This document shows, one piece after another, positions 1-9,174 of a stretch of 24,000 nt of DNA (position 1 is its first letter; every line of letters begins with the position of its first letter). Where the stretch lies: contig JAJZOE010000040.1 in assembly GCA_021829145.1 (NCBI GenBank), positions 8,098 through 32,097 of the forward strand, given 5' to 3'. The position numbers and the translations under genes are program-made. The notes beneath the pieces are model-generated. The model was given only the letters and a program-made list of their open reading frames with translations, did not search any database and was not told the origin of the DNA. This DNA comes from a bacterium (GTDB taxonomy: Bacteria > Patescibacteriota > Saccharimonadia > Saccharimonadales > UBA4665).

Positions 1-51
1 AAGTTTAATATTAATTTTTATTATTTTTGTTAAAGCGGAAGGATAAACTAC

Positions 52-1143
52 ATGAAACTCCAAGTTACCCAGGAACACTTAAATCAAGCTTTATCTTCTG
101 TTGGTAGAGTAGCTAATAGCCGTAACACTCTCCCTATCCTATCCAATGTACTAATAAAAACCACTAATAATAGGTTGAGTTTGGTTGCTACTAACTTGGA
201 TATAGCTATCGTTCACTACATTGGTGCGAAAATAAACGAAGAAGGAGCTATAACCGTACCAGCCAGACTGATGCAAGAGTTTGTTTCTAGTCTACCAAGC
301 GGTGTTATTAACCTTGAATTAACAGACACTAAACTTAAAGTAACCACAGACCAGTATAAATCAGTTGTGAATGGAATTATTGCCGATGATTTCCCTGTTA
401 TGCCGATGATAGAAGATGGTGTTAACTGGAGTATACCAACCCAGATATTTAAAAAAGGATTACAACAAGTAGTTTTTGCCGCCAGTAGCGACGAAACCAG
501 ACAGGTATTAACCGGTGTGTATATGCATAGCAAGAAAGGAAAGTTATATATTGCTGCTACTGACAGTTACCGCTTAGCTGAAAAAGAACTAGGCATAAAT
601 AAGGAAGAGGTCTCTATTTTAGTACCAGCTACCGCCATGCAGGATCTGTTAAGAATCATGGGTGATTATGATGGTGATGTATCAGTTACACATGACGATC
701 AGCAAGTGTTGTTTAGAGTAGGAGATGTTGAATTAACTGCCCGGTTAGTCGAAGGAAATTATCCAGACTACCAAAAACTTATACCAAGCGACTTTACTTC
801 ATCTATAACCCTAAAGAGAGCCGATTTTGTTAACGTCACTAAAGTATCCAGCTTGTTTGCTAGAGAAAGTGCCGGCAGTGTGACTATTGAGTTAGATGAT
901 AATGATTCTACGCTAAGTATTAGATCAATAGCATCACAATTAGGAGAAAATACCGCTAAGGCCGAGGGGAAAGTTAAAGGTAGCGGCAGTATTACTCTTA
1001 ACTCTAGGTATTTACTTGATGCACTTGGAGTATTAGCCGGAGATGAAGTAATGTTCGGTTTCAATGGCAAACTAGAACCAACTATTATTAAAGATCCCAA
1101 AGAAGAGGGATATAAGCATATTATTATGCCCCTAAAGAGCTAA
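52..1143 (+). CDS. dnaN: DNA polymerase III beta subunit (sliding clamp)
   Basis: 363-aa ORF. The N-terminus MKLQVTQEHLNQALSSVGRVANSRNTLPILSNVLI and the overall length are typical of DnaN. A GGAAGGA Shine-Dalgarno at 37-43 lies 8 nt upstream of the ATG. recF follows in the canonical order. Confidence 0.95.
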   Translation: MKLQVTQEHLNQALSSVGRVANSRNTLPILSNVLIKTTNNRLSLVATNLDIAIVHYIGAKINEEGAITVPARLMQEFVSSLPSGVINLELTDTKLKVTTDQYKSVVNGIIADDFPVMPMIEDGVNWSIPTQIFKKGLQQVVFAASSDETRQVLTGVYMHSKKGKLYIAATDSYRLAEKELGINKEEVSILVPATAMQDLLRIMGDYDGDVSVTHDDQQVLFRVGDVELTARLVEGNYPDYQKLIPSDFTSSITLKRADFVNVTKVSSLFARESAGSVTIELDDNDSTLSIRSIASQLGENTAKAEGKVKGSGSITLNSRYLLDALGVLAGDEVMFGFNGKLEPTIIKDPKEEGYKHIIMPLKS

Positions 1144-1157
1144 ACGGCTAAAATAGA

Positions 1158-2195
1158 GTGATGATTGCCGATATACGGCTCCAGCAGTACCGCTCATACC
1201 TAGACAAAACCTTCAGTCTTTCACCGGGGTTAAATATTGTTGTTGGACCAAACGCCAGTGGAAAGACTAACCTATTGGAAGCAATAATGGTTATTAGTAG
1301 CGGCAAATCATACCGTGCTCCAGACAGTGATCTTATAATGCACAACAAGGACTGGGCTAGGATTGATGCTACAACCGAATCAGGTACAAGAGTATTAAAA
1401 CTAAGCAAGCAAAGGCAAGAAAAAGAATTTTTAATAAACGATAAAGCTTATAAAAGGCTAAACACCAACCAACAGATACCAATAGTACTGTTTGAACCAA
1501 ACCATCTTTTAATGCTGTCCGGATCACCTGAGCTCAGGAGAGGATACTTAGACGGGATACTAGACTTAATTAAACCGGGTTATAAGAAAACAAGGAACGC
1601 CTACATAAAGACTCTCAGACAACGTAATGCTCTCTTAAAAAGTGGTAGTTCATCTACAGCAGAGTTGTTTCCCTGGAACGTACGTCTGAGCCATTTAGGT
1701 GGGGTTATAGCAGCTTCAAGGCATGAACTAGTAAACGAGTTAAACTCTAACATTAATCAGGCTTATACTAATATTTCCAAAGGAAAAGAAAGTATAACTC
1801 TTAACTATAAGGCAACTGTAAGTCTGAATAATTATGAAAGTCAGTTACTTAATATATTAGATCAGACTATGGACTTAGATTTACTTCGGGGTTTTACTGC
1901 TAACGGTCCGCACCGGGAAGACGTTGAAATCTTAATTGATGATAAACCTCCGTCTTCGGTTGCCTCACGTGGCGAAGCCAGAACTATAACAATAGTATTA
2001 AAGACAGTGGAATCTGAAATAATAGAAGATATCCTAAATGTTAAGCCAGTTATACTACTTGATGATGTATTTAGTGAGTTGGATAAAAGCAGAACCAAGC
2101 AACTGGAAGCGTTTCTAATTAGATACCAGTCTATAATTACCACTACGGACACTCACCTATTTGTAGAATCAAAGCAGAATGTTATTAATACATAA
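1158..2195 (+). CDS. recF: DNA replication/repair protein RecF
   Basis: 345-aa ORF with Walker A GPNASGKT near the N-terminus and ILLDDVFSELD (Walker B/D-loop) near the C-terminus, located directly after dnaN. The start is either GTG 1158 or the adjacent ATG 1161. Confidence 0.93.
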   Translation: MMIADIRLQQYRSYLDKTFSLSPGLNIVVGPNASGKTNLLEAIMVISSGKSYRAPDSDLIMHNKDWARIDATTESGTRVLKLSKQRQEKEFLINDKAYKRLNTNQQIPIVLFEPNHLLMLSGSPELRRGYLDGILDLIKPGYKKTRNAYIKTLRQRNALLKSGSSSTAELFPWNVRLSHLGGVIAASRHELVNELNSNINQAYTNISKGKESITLNYKATVSLNNYESQLLNILDQTMDLDLLRGFTANGPHREDVEILIDDKPPSSVASRGEARTITIVLKTVESEIIEDILNVKPVILLDDVFSELDKSRTKQLEAFLIRYQSIITTTDTHLFVESKQNVINT

Positions 2196-2200
2196 ACTAA

Positions 2201-3664
2201 CTAGCCAGTAGCTAGCGGCTGATAAACAATATCCAACCCAGAGGTGTCAATACTAAATGCAGAAAGATATCTTTGTAAAGATGAAGCACAGTATTGCTGA
2301 CTTATATTTGATGGATAAGAAACATATAATATCGCACTGTTAAAGTTAACATAATTTACTGAGCATAAACCCTGTAATACATTTGGAAAAATAGCACTGA
2401 AGGAAGAAAATTGAAAGTTTTGAGCTGTTCTATTTAAACCTATACGGTAAAGTTGGTTACCTGATTGACTGGTATTGATTATCGGAGAATTGCTGACGGT
2501 GAAATAAACGAAACTACCTGAATAGTCAGGATATATATTGTCTATATATGATTGTCCGGCAGTTTGAGCTATTTGACCAGAATAGTTATTAGCAATCGAG
2601 TATTTCCAGAGGCTACCACCCGAGGAGTAATAGAGGGTATCTCCATTTCCCCAAGCCATATCGCTTATTGTGCCGTTACTCGTAGAGTTATCTACCAAAG
2701 ACATCGAGCTATTGTAAATATTGATCCCTCCGGTAGAAAGTGATGCTATATACTTTCCATCTGGAGAAACGGCAATATCCTGTGAAAATATATTTGTTTC
2801 TAAGTTCTTAGAACCATTTAGCAGGGTTATATTACCTTGCAAGTCGGGATTATTCTTATCAGGACTCAACAATAAAGCTATTGTTCCTGAATTAGAGGAC
2901 ATCCTAATTATTGAATTATTTGATTGGAAGATTTTATGAAAGTTACCAGATCCACTTCCCATATACAATTCTCCACCATTGCTTATATAGATGTACCCTT
3001 TATTATCTATGAAATAGTTTACAGATGATTTAGGTGTAAGTTTAAACGGAAGCTTAAGATTAGATATGCTGCCATTTTTGAATAGAAATATACCCATTGA
3101 ATTTCTAAGAAGACCTAGCCCAGAAGCATTCCAAGTGGCCGAGCTATATTTTATATTACCCAATACACTAACAATATTGTTTTGATTTATTGTTGTTAAT
3201 AGACCGGAGGAATCGAGGAAGGTTAAGGATGATGATCCGGGGTATAAATAGGATAAACTTGATCCATACACCCCTACCGGAGTAACTGAGAAACTATCCA
3301 AGTAAAGCTTATATGTTTTTTTAGATGATTCATTTATCGTTACAGTCTTAACTAGTCGATTAGAATTATTAAAAACACCCAACTGATACTCTCCATATCT
3401 TACCGAAATAGACAAGAAATGCTTTGCGGAAGTCATTTGGCTGACTAGAGGCAGTCCGTTTTTAACAGGAGTTATGGACACATAATTAGAGGGGTTGCTA
3501 CTTTCAACTATAATTGTAGTGGTGGTAAGTAATGTGTAAACCCATAATAGTATAAAAATAAATACAACAATAAATATTAATAGAAATAAAACCTTTCTTA
3601 TACTCTTAATCCCAAATATCGCTCTACTTATTACCATGATGGCCACCCTGATGGAATTGTGCAT
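2201..3664 (-). CDS. Hypothetical membrane-anchored, N/S-rich protein with beta-propeller-like (TolB/PD40-like) repeats; last gene of the T4SS-like operon
   Basis: 487-aa ORF with one N-terminal TM helix (VLFLLIFIVVFIFILLWVYTLL). Repeated motifs such as SPDGKYIASLSTGGINIYN and GDTLYYSSGGSLWKYS resemble propeller blades. An alternative start at ATG 3637 (MVISR...) overlaps the upstream stop as ATGGTAA, which would fit translational coupling. The domain call is tentative. Confidence 0.7.
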   Translation of the reverse strand: MHNSIRVAIMVISRAIFGIKSIRKVLFLLIFIVVFIFILLWVYTLLTTTTIIVESSNPSNYVSITPVKNGLPLVSQMTSAKHFLSISVRYGEYQLGVFNNSNRLVKTVTINESSKKTYKLYLDSFSVTPVGVYGSSLSYLYPGSSSLTFLDSSGLLTTINQNNIVSVLGNIKYSSATWNASGLGLLRNSMGIFLFKNGSISNLKLPFKLTPKSSVNYFIDNKGYIYISNGGELYMGSGSGNFHKIFQSNNSIIRMSSNSGTIALLLSPDKNNPDLQGNITLLNGSKNLETNIFSQDIAVSPDGKYIASLSTGGINIYNSSMSLVDNSTSNGTISDMAWGNGDTLYYSSGGSLWKYSIANNYSGQIAQTAGQSYIDNIYPDYSGSFVYFTVSNSPIINTSQSGNQLYRIGLNRTAQNFQFSSFSAIFPNVLQGLCSVNYVNFNSAILYVSYPSNISQQYCASSLQRYLSAFSIDTSGLDIVYQPLATG

Positions 3665-5541
3665 GGCGGGTTTGCTTCCTGGGAGATTCCACCAGGTCCT
3701 CCAAGGCTCTGCAGGAATTGTGAAAAATTAACGCCAAACGATGAAGAAACTTTATCCCAGCACGATACTGCCATTGAGTCGCCAAGGATGCTCGGGTTTC
3801 CCCAGCCAGTCTCTATGCCATTGCCACAGTTTACCATTTGTGCAATTACGGTGTTGGAATCGACAGTCTGTCCTTGTTGAACTTCAGGTGTAATACATTC
3901 AGCCACATAAACTTCCATTCCTTTGGCTGGTCCGTCATTTAGTGTATATGCCAAATAAGGTTCACCCTTATACCAGTTAGGAAATATGCCATTAATTGTT
4001 GCATCGCCAATTGCATATATTGGTCCTGTGCCTGAGAAGTCTACCCCTTGGTCTATTCTTTCTGGATTTAACTGGCTAATATCTCTAAATGGGTATTGAT
4101 ATCCAGAAGAGGCCCCAGATAAAGTTGTGGATGAGGATGTTGCAGGACCCTGCGATCCTGGATTAGGATTACAAGAGATTGAGGCAATAGAAACACCACT
4201 GGATAAGTCGTTTAGGATTTTTTCGGCGGTAGGTAGTCTTACAGCTACAAAACTACTATATTCATCTTTAGGTGCCTCAAATCCCGGATAAGACTGCCCG
4301 ACATTAGACGGAGAATACGATTGAGCCGTACCTGCCATATTACCTTGAAAAGCCAAGGTTGCCATAACCACGTTAGGTGCTGCTTTGATTTGCGCCATAA
4401 CGCTAGAGTATGAGCTATTTAATTCTCCTAAAATCATTTCAAGTTGAGTGCTTAGACTATCTATTGGAGATGTGAGCCCAAGTTGTTGGTAAACCGTATT
4501 AGCCTTATTTGAAGGAGTCCATTGAGCGATTCCCCAACCCGTTCCGGAAGGAGCGTTTGAATTACCTCCTCCTGCAATTTCAGTAGGTATTAGAGAAGAC
4601 TCTGCTACCAGGTTTCCTACAATACCCGCAGACTCTGTATCTGTGAATCCATTCTGTACAAAGAAATTGAACGCTTGTTGCTCAGCGTTGTTGCCTGTTA
4701 AAATAGCCGAACCCTCATTACAGCAAGCCAAGGTTTGATTAACCTGGGTTCCAGAAGCGTAAGCACTATTACTCGTGACAGAGTTTACAACTAAATTTAC
4801 AAGAGCATCTACACCTGCCGGAATTGTAGGATGAACATTTAACCCATCTGATTGATCGATGTAATTATTTGTATCCGTTTCATTGCCGGTCATTTGAATG
4901 GGGTTGCCATTAGGATCAACCGTCTTAAACCAGCTTATGACTGAATAGTGGTCTACGGAGGCTTGGCTATATATTGCTTGGTTTTGTGCTTGTATCAGTG
5001 CCGTATAATCGGGGCGATTAATAACAATAGTATCTACCCAATATATAGGTGCAGAAGAATTTATGACTCTTATTGCATTAATAGCTGCATTTATGCTTTG
5101 TACAGTATCGCCTCCATTAGTGCCTAAGGCTATAACTATTGCACTAGCTTGCTTTATACTTGATTGATCTGCAGTAATAGCTTGCATGCCTGTTGTTTGA
5201 GTCTGGTCCATCCCTGGAGTAGATAAGCTCCTTCCGTATTGACCATCGACTATCGCAGTAATTTGTAGTTTTTGAAAAGCAGAAACATAACTACTAGCAG
5301 CTCTTTCTGTAATTGAGTCTCCAAGTATATAAACACTTTGACCTGAAGATAATGTACCTTGGGTTGCAGAGTTGGTTGAGTTAATGGCTGACCCACATAA
5401 ACCACTTAGTGAGTTATTCCCTGTGTAATATTCACTATCTCCATATAGTCTTTGTAATTGAGCACCAGTTAGAGCATATACATTATGGCTTAATCCTAGA
5501 AGGAAAATTGATAATACCAGTATAAAAATAGGTCTTCTCAT
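3631..5541 (-). CDS. Secreted three-domain cell-wall hydrolase: SGNH/GDSL esterase + phage-tail-lysozyme-like domain + degenerate LytM/M23-like domain (functional analogue of VirB1/PrgK)
   Basis: 636-aa ORF with signal peptide MRRPIFILVLSIFLLGLSHNVYA. SGNH blocks are VYILGDSITERAA (GDS), IALGTNGG and DGLNVHP. The lysozyme-like signature is AGIVGNLVAESS...GWGIAQWTPS. The C-terminal IDQGVDFSGTGPIYAIGDATI...GQTVDSNTVIAQM...GNGIETGW is collinear with M23 motifs, but the metal-binding His residues are replaced. Confidence 0.85.
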   Translation of the reverse strand: MRRPIFILVLSIFLLGLSHNVYALTGAQLQRLYGDSEYYTGNNSLSGLCGSAINSTNSATQGTLSSGQSVYILGDSITERAASSYVSAFQKLQITAIVDGQYGRSLSTPGMDQTQTTGMQAITADQSSIKQASAIVIALGTNGGDTVQSINAAINAIRVINSSAPIYWVDTIVINRPDYTALIQAQNQAIYSQASVDHYSVISWFKTVDPNGNPIQMTGNETDTNNYIDQSDGLNVHPTIPAGVDALVNLVVNSVTSNSAYASGTQVNQTLACCNEGSAILTGNNAEQQAFNFFVQNGFTDTESAGIVGNLVAESSLIPTEIAGGGNSNAPSGTGWGIAQWTPSNKANTVYQQLGLTSPIDSLSTQLEMILGELNSSYSSVMAQIKAAPNVVMATLAFQGNMAGTAQSYSPSNVGQSYPGFEAPKDEYSSFVAVRLPTAEKILNDLSSGVSIASISCNPNPGSQGPATSSSTTLSGASSGYQYPFRDISQLNPERIDQGVDFSGTGPIYAIGDATINGIFPNWYKGEPYLAYTLNDGPAKGMEVYVAECITPEVQQGQTVDSNTVIAQMVNCGNGIETGWGNPSILGDSMAVSCWDKVSSSFGVNFSQFLQSLGGPGGISQEANPPCTIPSGWPSW

Positions 5542-8363
5542 TAGTTCGCCTGGGCTAGTGACAAATAGTTTGCCATTACCTGAGTGTCTAAAATGTACTG
5601 CTGATAACGAGCTAAGTCATTATTTATCTGACCATGTTTAAAAAGATAATTAGTGCAATTTAGCCTGTATTGGGGTGATTTAGGATTTGTTGATTTAAAA
5701 CCCATGTCTTCGCAATATATGTTTGCAACAGTATTGTTTGTCGGAGAGTATTGTTGGTTCATAGCTTGGGTTTGCGAGGAACCGCCTGATGATAAATTGC
5801 CCGATAACTGACCTAGGCCATAATACTCACCATTAACCTGTTGACCACAATGGGTGTCAGGTGTTGCATGCGGAAAATTTTTGTTAGTGTTAGCAGTACT
5901 AGAATTGGTTGTATTTGTCATCAGTAAATTAAAGCTAAGATTGAAGCAATGATACAAATCCTGGTAGTTAAAATCAGTGTTAGGTGTTATTGGTTTGCCG
6001 TTTATATCAGGATTGCCTAAAGCCTTGATCCTTTGAATAGTGTAGGTACTTCCGTTTTGCTTATATTTTACGTTGGTGAATAGATAGTCTTCATTTTGTA
6101 TTGGATCATAAGCTCCGGCCTGAGAGTTAGTCATCCCGTATTCTTGTGTTTGGTATGCTTGCCACGGCTGGCTATTAGTACTCGCAGATGTAGCTGATAT
6201 TTTACCAACGAATAAGCTAGAGAACACAGACCCAATTATCTTAGGGAAAGACAGTATAAAACTGCTTATACGACTGAATGTGCCTTCTAAACTTAAAGGT
6301 AAAGCCAGCGAAAGCCGAGAAAATAGAGAGTATGGATCATTAAAAGAGAACAACCTATAGGATAAAGGTTTGTTATTAAGATCGGCAACATAGTTAGAGT
6401 TAGCCTTGGTAGATAAAGAACTAGCTTCACTAGAGCTAATAGGCAATGCTCCCAAATGCCTAGAATAATCGTTATAGGATATATTAAGTCCAGCATCCAT
6501 ATTATTCAATTTATCAGGAGCGGTGGCTCCGATAATACCTACAGGGGTGAAGGCCTTAAGAACGTCAGGAAGTATATTGTGTTGTATTACGGATTGAGCC
6601 TTATAAATTGTTGCACCAATAGCCGCCTGCTCTGCGGCACCACCCGCACAATCTACGATAGTACTACATTGACCAATCTCGCTACCTAATTGAAATGCAC
6701 CTATTCCACCTTGAACAATGAAGCCCAACCAGCTGGTAAGGCCGCCGCAAACCCATCCAAATAAATTCATACCCGGAATATTGTTTATTTCATTAAGCAA
6801 TGAAGTGGCTGAATTTGGAGTAGGTGTTACCATAGGGTTAATATCCGGTGTGTAACCTTTATAATGATCGGTTGTACTAGTTATTGGAAGGTTGTTAGCA
6901 CGAAACCAAGCAGCTGATCTGCTGAATGGCAGAGCGGATACAGGTAATGTGCCATATTTGGTGCGCTTAGCAGCGGAGTTTCCCATAAAGCCTTTCATAA
7001 TCGTTGCTACCTGCGTGCTAGTAATATGTCCAGTTTTTAATTGATCAGCAAGTGTAGGCAGTAGATTCCCGTATCTCATAAGCATTGAAGCAATTTCTGG
7101 CAATCTTTGTAAAGCGGTTGACTGAATAGTGTCTTTGATTGTACAAGCTGTAGTAGCCAGAGATGAAAGAAGTAATGGATTAATCCCTCCAAATGCTTTT
7201 ACCCCCGCGTCTATAGCAGATGACGCACTTTCACCATTGGCTAAAGCCTGGTCGGTTGCAGAAATAGCCGATCCCGCTTCCCCCACGCCTCCTTTAGCAA
7301 AGTCGGCTTGTTGTTGAGCGGCAATCTTGGGATCGGAAGAAGGACTGTTCTCGGATATTCCATCTGAGGCTAGTGATTGGGTTGCAGATTCACCTTGAAT
7401 AGCCTCTTGATCAATAGTCTGCTCAGTTTGCTTGGCATCTTCACCCTCCGTTACCCCGGATTCGTTTACATTAGCGTCCTCCGCCATTGTCGGAGCATAG
7501 CTATTTATGGTGCCTACCTGTGTTTCTTTTAGTGCGGATACAAAACTATCGCCTAATGAACTAGAGTCAAGTTGTTCTGCTGTTACTGGTGCTCCGGTGC
7601 TTGAATCTATTATAATGCCGCCGTTTTTTACCTCAAAGCCATTATCTGCCAAAAGATTTTTAACTACAGGATCATCAAAACTGAATTTATTGATGTCTTC
7701 TGTTAAGCCCATGCCGCTTTCCTCTGTGGTATTAGCTGCATCTTCTGCAGCAGCACTATTATTACAAAGGTTAGAGTTAATAGGCAGCGCTTTACAAATT
7801 AAGTCAGTTGCAAGTGATTTTGCGGCTTTTCTCTCAAAACGTTGTTCAATCTTCGTCTCTTCTCTAAGCATAACCTTTTCAATGGTAACCAACGCATGTG
7901 TTGCTAAAAATGTGAACCCGCTTATAACAAGTAATGCTATACCGCCAATGGCGCCACCACCGATTAATGTTGCTTTTCTTCTCTTTTTGCTTCCACCAAA
8001 AAACTTACCTGCCTTTCCTAAGGCATTTAACAGAAGCTTTGCTTCACCTACACCGGCAAGGCCCATGCCGGCTGCAGCCAGGCCTTTTAGTCCCCTTCCT
8101 CTTACTTTAGGCTCGTCTTCTTCAGAAGGTGACTCTGAATCGTCTGGTGAATAAAATCCACCACCGTCATTACCACTTTCTGTGCTAAAAGATCGCTCCT
8201 GCTTAGCAATATCTTCGTCGGCACCCTTTTTTGCTTCCCTATCGTGAGCTTCTTCTTGTTCTTTATTTATGCCTGTCAGATGGCGAAGATCATCATCAGA
8301 GGGCAGGTACCCCTTACTGAATTCCTCATTATTGTCTTTATTTAATTTGGAAGAGTTGGCCAC
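5541..8363 (-). CDS. Large hypothetical membrane protein (T4SS-associated, no recognisable family)
   Basis: 940-aa ORF with a GTG start. It has an acidic/basic N-terminal region, a Gly-rich TM helix (ATLIGGGAIGGIALLVISGFTFLATHALV), a long S/T/N/A-rich region, and further hydrophobic segments (GMNLFGWVCGGLTSWLGFIVQGGIGAF; RISSFILSFPKIIGSVFSSLFVG). Its stop overlaps the next gene's start as TAATG at 5539-5543. Confidence 0.8.
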   Translation of the reverse strand: MANSSKLNKDNNEEFSKGYLPSDDDLRHLTGINKEQEEAHDREAKKGADEDIAKQERSFSTESGNDGGGFYSPDDSESPSEEDEPKVRGRGLKGLAAAGMGLAGVGEAKLLLNALGKAGKFFGGSKKRRKATLIGGGAIGGIALLVISGFTFLATHALVTIEKVMLREETKIEQRFERKAAKSLATDLICKALPINSNLCNNSAAAEDAANTTEESGMGLTEDINKFSFDDPVVKNLLADNGFEVKNGGIIIDSSTGAPVTAEQLDSSSLGDSFVSALKETQVGTINSYAPTMAEDANVNESGVTEGEDAKQTEQTIDQEAIQGESATQSLASDGISENSPSSDPKIAAQQQADFAKGGVGEAGSAISATDQALANGESASSAIDAGVKAFGGINPLLLSSLATTACTIKDTIQSTALQRLPEIASMLMRYGNLLPTLADQLKTGHITSTQVATIMKGFMGNSAAKRTKYGTLPVSALPFSRSAAWFRANNLPITSTTDHYKGYTPDINPMVTPTPNSATSLLNEINNIPGMNLFGWVCGGLTSWLGFIVQGGIGAFQLGSEIGQCSTIVDCAGGAAEQAAIGATIYKAQSVIQHNILPDVLKAFTPVGIIGATAPDKLNNMDAGLNISYNDYSRHLGALPISSSEASSLSTKANSNYVADLNNKPLSYRLFSFNDPYSLFSRLSLALPLSLEGTFSRISSFILSFPKIIGSVFSSLFVGKISATSASTNSQPWQAYQTQEYGMTNSQAGAYDPIQNEDYLFTNVKYKQNGSTYTIQRIKALGNPDINGKPITPNTDFNYQDLYHCFNLSFNLLMTNTTNSSTANTNKNFPHATPDTHCGQQVNGEYYGLGQLSGNLSSGGSSQTQAMNQQYSPTNNTVANIYCEDMGFKSTNPKSPQYRLNCTNYLFKHGQINNDLARYQQYILDTQVMANYLSLAQAN

Positions 8364-8442
8364 GGATATATAAGTTTTTTCTTAATGCTTCTGGCATTAT
8401 TATACTCCGTTGGCTACTATGTTTGCGGTTCTTTTACTGGGC

Positions 8443-9168
8443 CTACCTAGCTCGTCTTCTTATTCGCTTACCTCTGCGATCATAGCTTGATGCAACCTTA
8501 GCCAATTCTTCTGTACTCTTTTCGGCTTTTTGCTCCAGTTTACTTATTCGGTTAACTGCTTTTCTGGCTGCTTTTCGTTCTTTTCTAGTACGAGGTATAT
8601 TTGCATTAGTGATAGAGGAACCGTAATCCATACTAATAGCTCTTGCTTCCTGAGATAATTCGTTGCGCTCATCTATAAGATCATTTATTTTTCTAGCAGT
8701 TTTATGCTCTTTTCGCGAAGAAGGCCTTAGTGTATTAGGAACAGTACGAGGTCCGTCGTGAGTTTTTCTCATTAGCCATTCACCCATATGAGTAAAGTCA
8801 CCCTCGTATGTACCTGCCGGTAAGCTGCGGTCAACCACTTCTTCTTTCAAGTATCCTACCCACCCAATCTTTTCTTTCGGATTACCTGTTTGTCTCGGAT
8901 TCACTAACCTGTCGCCAACATATTGAGCAACTTCTATGTGTCTTTGTGCCTCCGCTTGTCTAGCCTCTCTGCCCTTTTCAGTAAATACCCTAAATAGGCC
9001 TTTTACAGCAGCTACAGACTCTGTTACAGCTCCTGGATACCCTTCGAACCCCGGTTCATGGATAATTGTCTCATTCGGGGGCTCGGGAGAACTAATAACG
9101 GGCCCGTTATCTCTTATGTGATTAATTAATTGTTGCAATTGATTTGGATCGTATGGATGGGATTCCAT
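8443..9168 (-). CDS. Hypothetical soluble protein with a highly basic C-terminal half
   Basis: 241-aa ORF with no TM helix or signal peptide. The C-terminus is rich in R/K (RTRKERKAARKAVNRISKLEQKAEKS...RRGKRIRRRAR). It sits within the operon between the VirB6-like and 940-aa genes. Confidence 0.7.
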   Translation of the reverse strand: MESHPYDPNQLQQLINHIRDNGPVISSPEPPNETIIHEPGFEGYPGAVTESVAAVKGLFRVFTEKGREARQAEAQRHIEVAQYVGDRLVNPRQTGNPKEKIGWVGYLKEEVVDRSLPAGTYEGDFTHMGEWLMRKTHDGPRTVPNTLRPSSRKEHKTARKINDLIDERNELSQEARAISMDYGSSITNANIPRTRKERKAARKAVNRISKLEQKAEKSTEELAKVASSYDRRGKRIRRRAR

Positions 9169-9174
9169 AAAATC

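Noticed and set aside
36-50. Possible DnaA box / oriC remnant upstream of dnaN (reverse complement AGTTTATCCTTCCGC contains TTATCCTTC).
   Set aside because: Only 6 of 9 positions match the TTATCCACA consensus, it overlaps the dnaN SD, and only 51 nt of the intergenic region are visible. That is not enough to call an origin.
7507-8154. 215-aa plus-strand ORF, the longest of many antisense ORFs in the six-frame track (others include 216-533, 768-1100, 1148-1408, 1862-2152, 2552-2939, 3659-3880, 6293-6689, 7129-7317, 8936-9121, 10382-10642, 11728-12296, 12826-13509, 15145-15426, 16749-17030, 17756-17944 and 18312-18575).
   Set aside because: Each lies entirely inside a much longer opposite-strand ORF that has recognisable motifs or a coherent membrane-protein architecture. 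Their translations are low-complexity mirror images (Ser/Pro/Leu/Ala-rich) with no start-site signals. They are treated as shadow ORFs.
8364-8442. Possible terminator or promoter in the gap between the 241-aa and 940-aa genes (AATGCcagaaGCATT hairpin and a TATAAT on the minus strand).
   Set aside because: The stem is only 5 bp with no following T-run, and the TATAAT has no acceptable -35 or TGn element. Support is insufficient.
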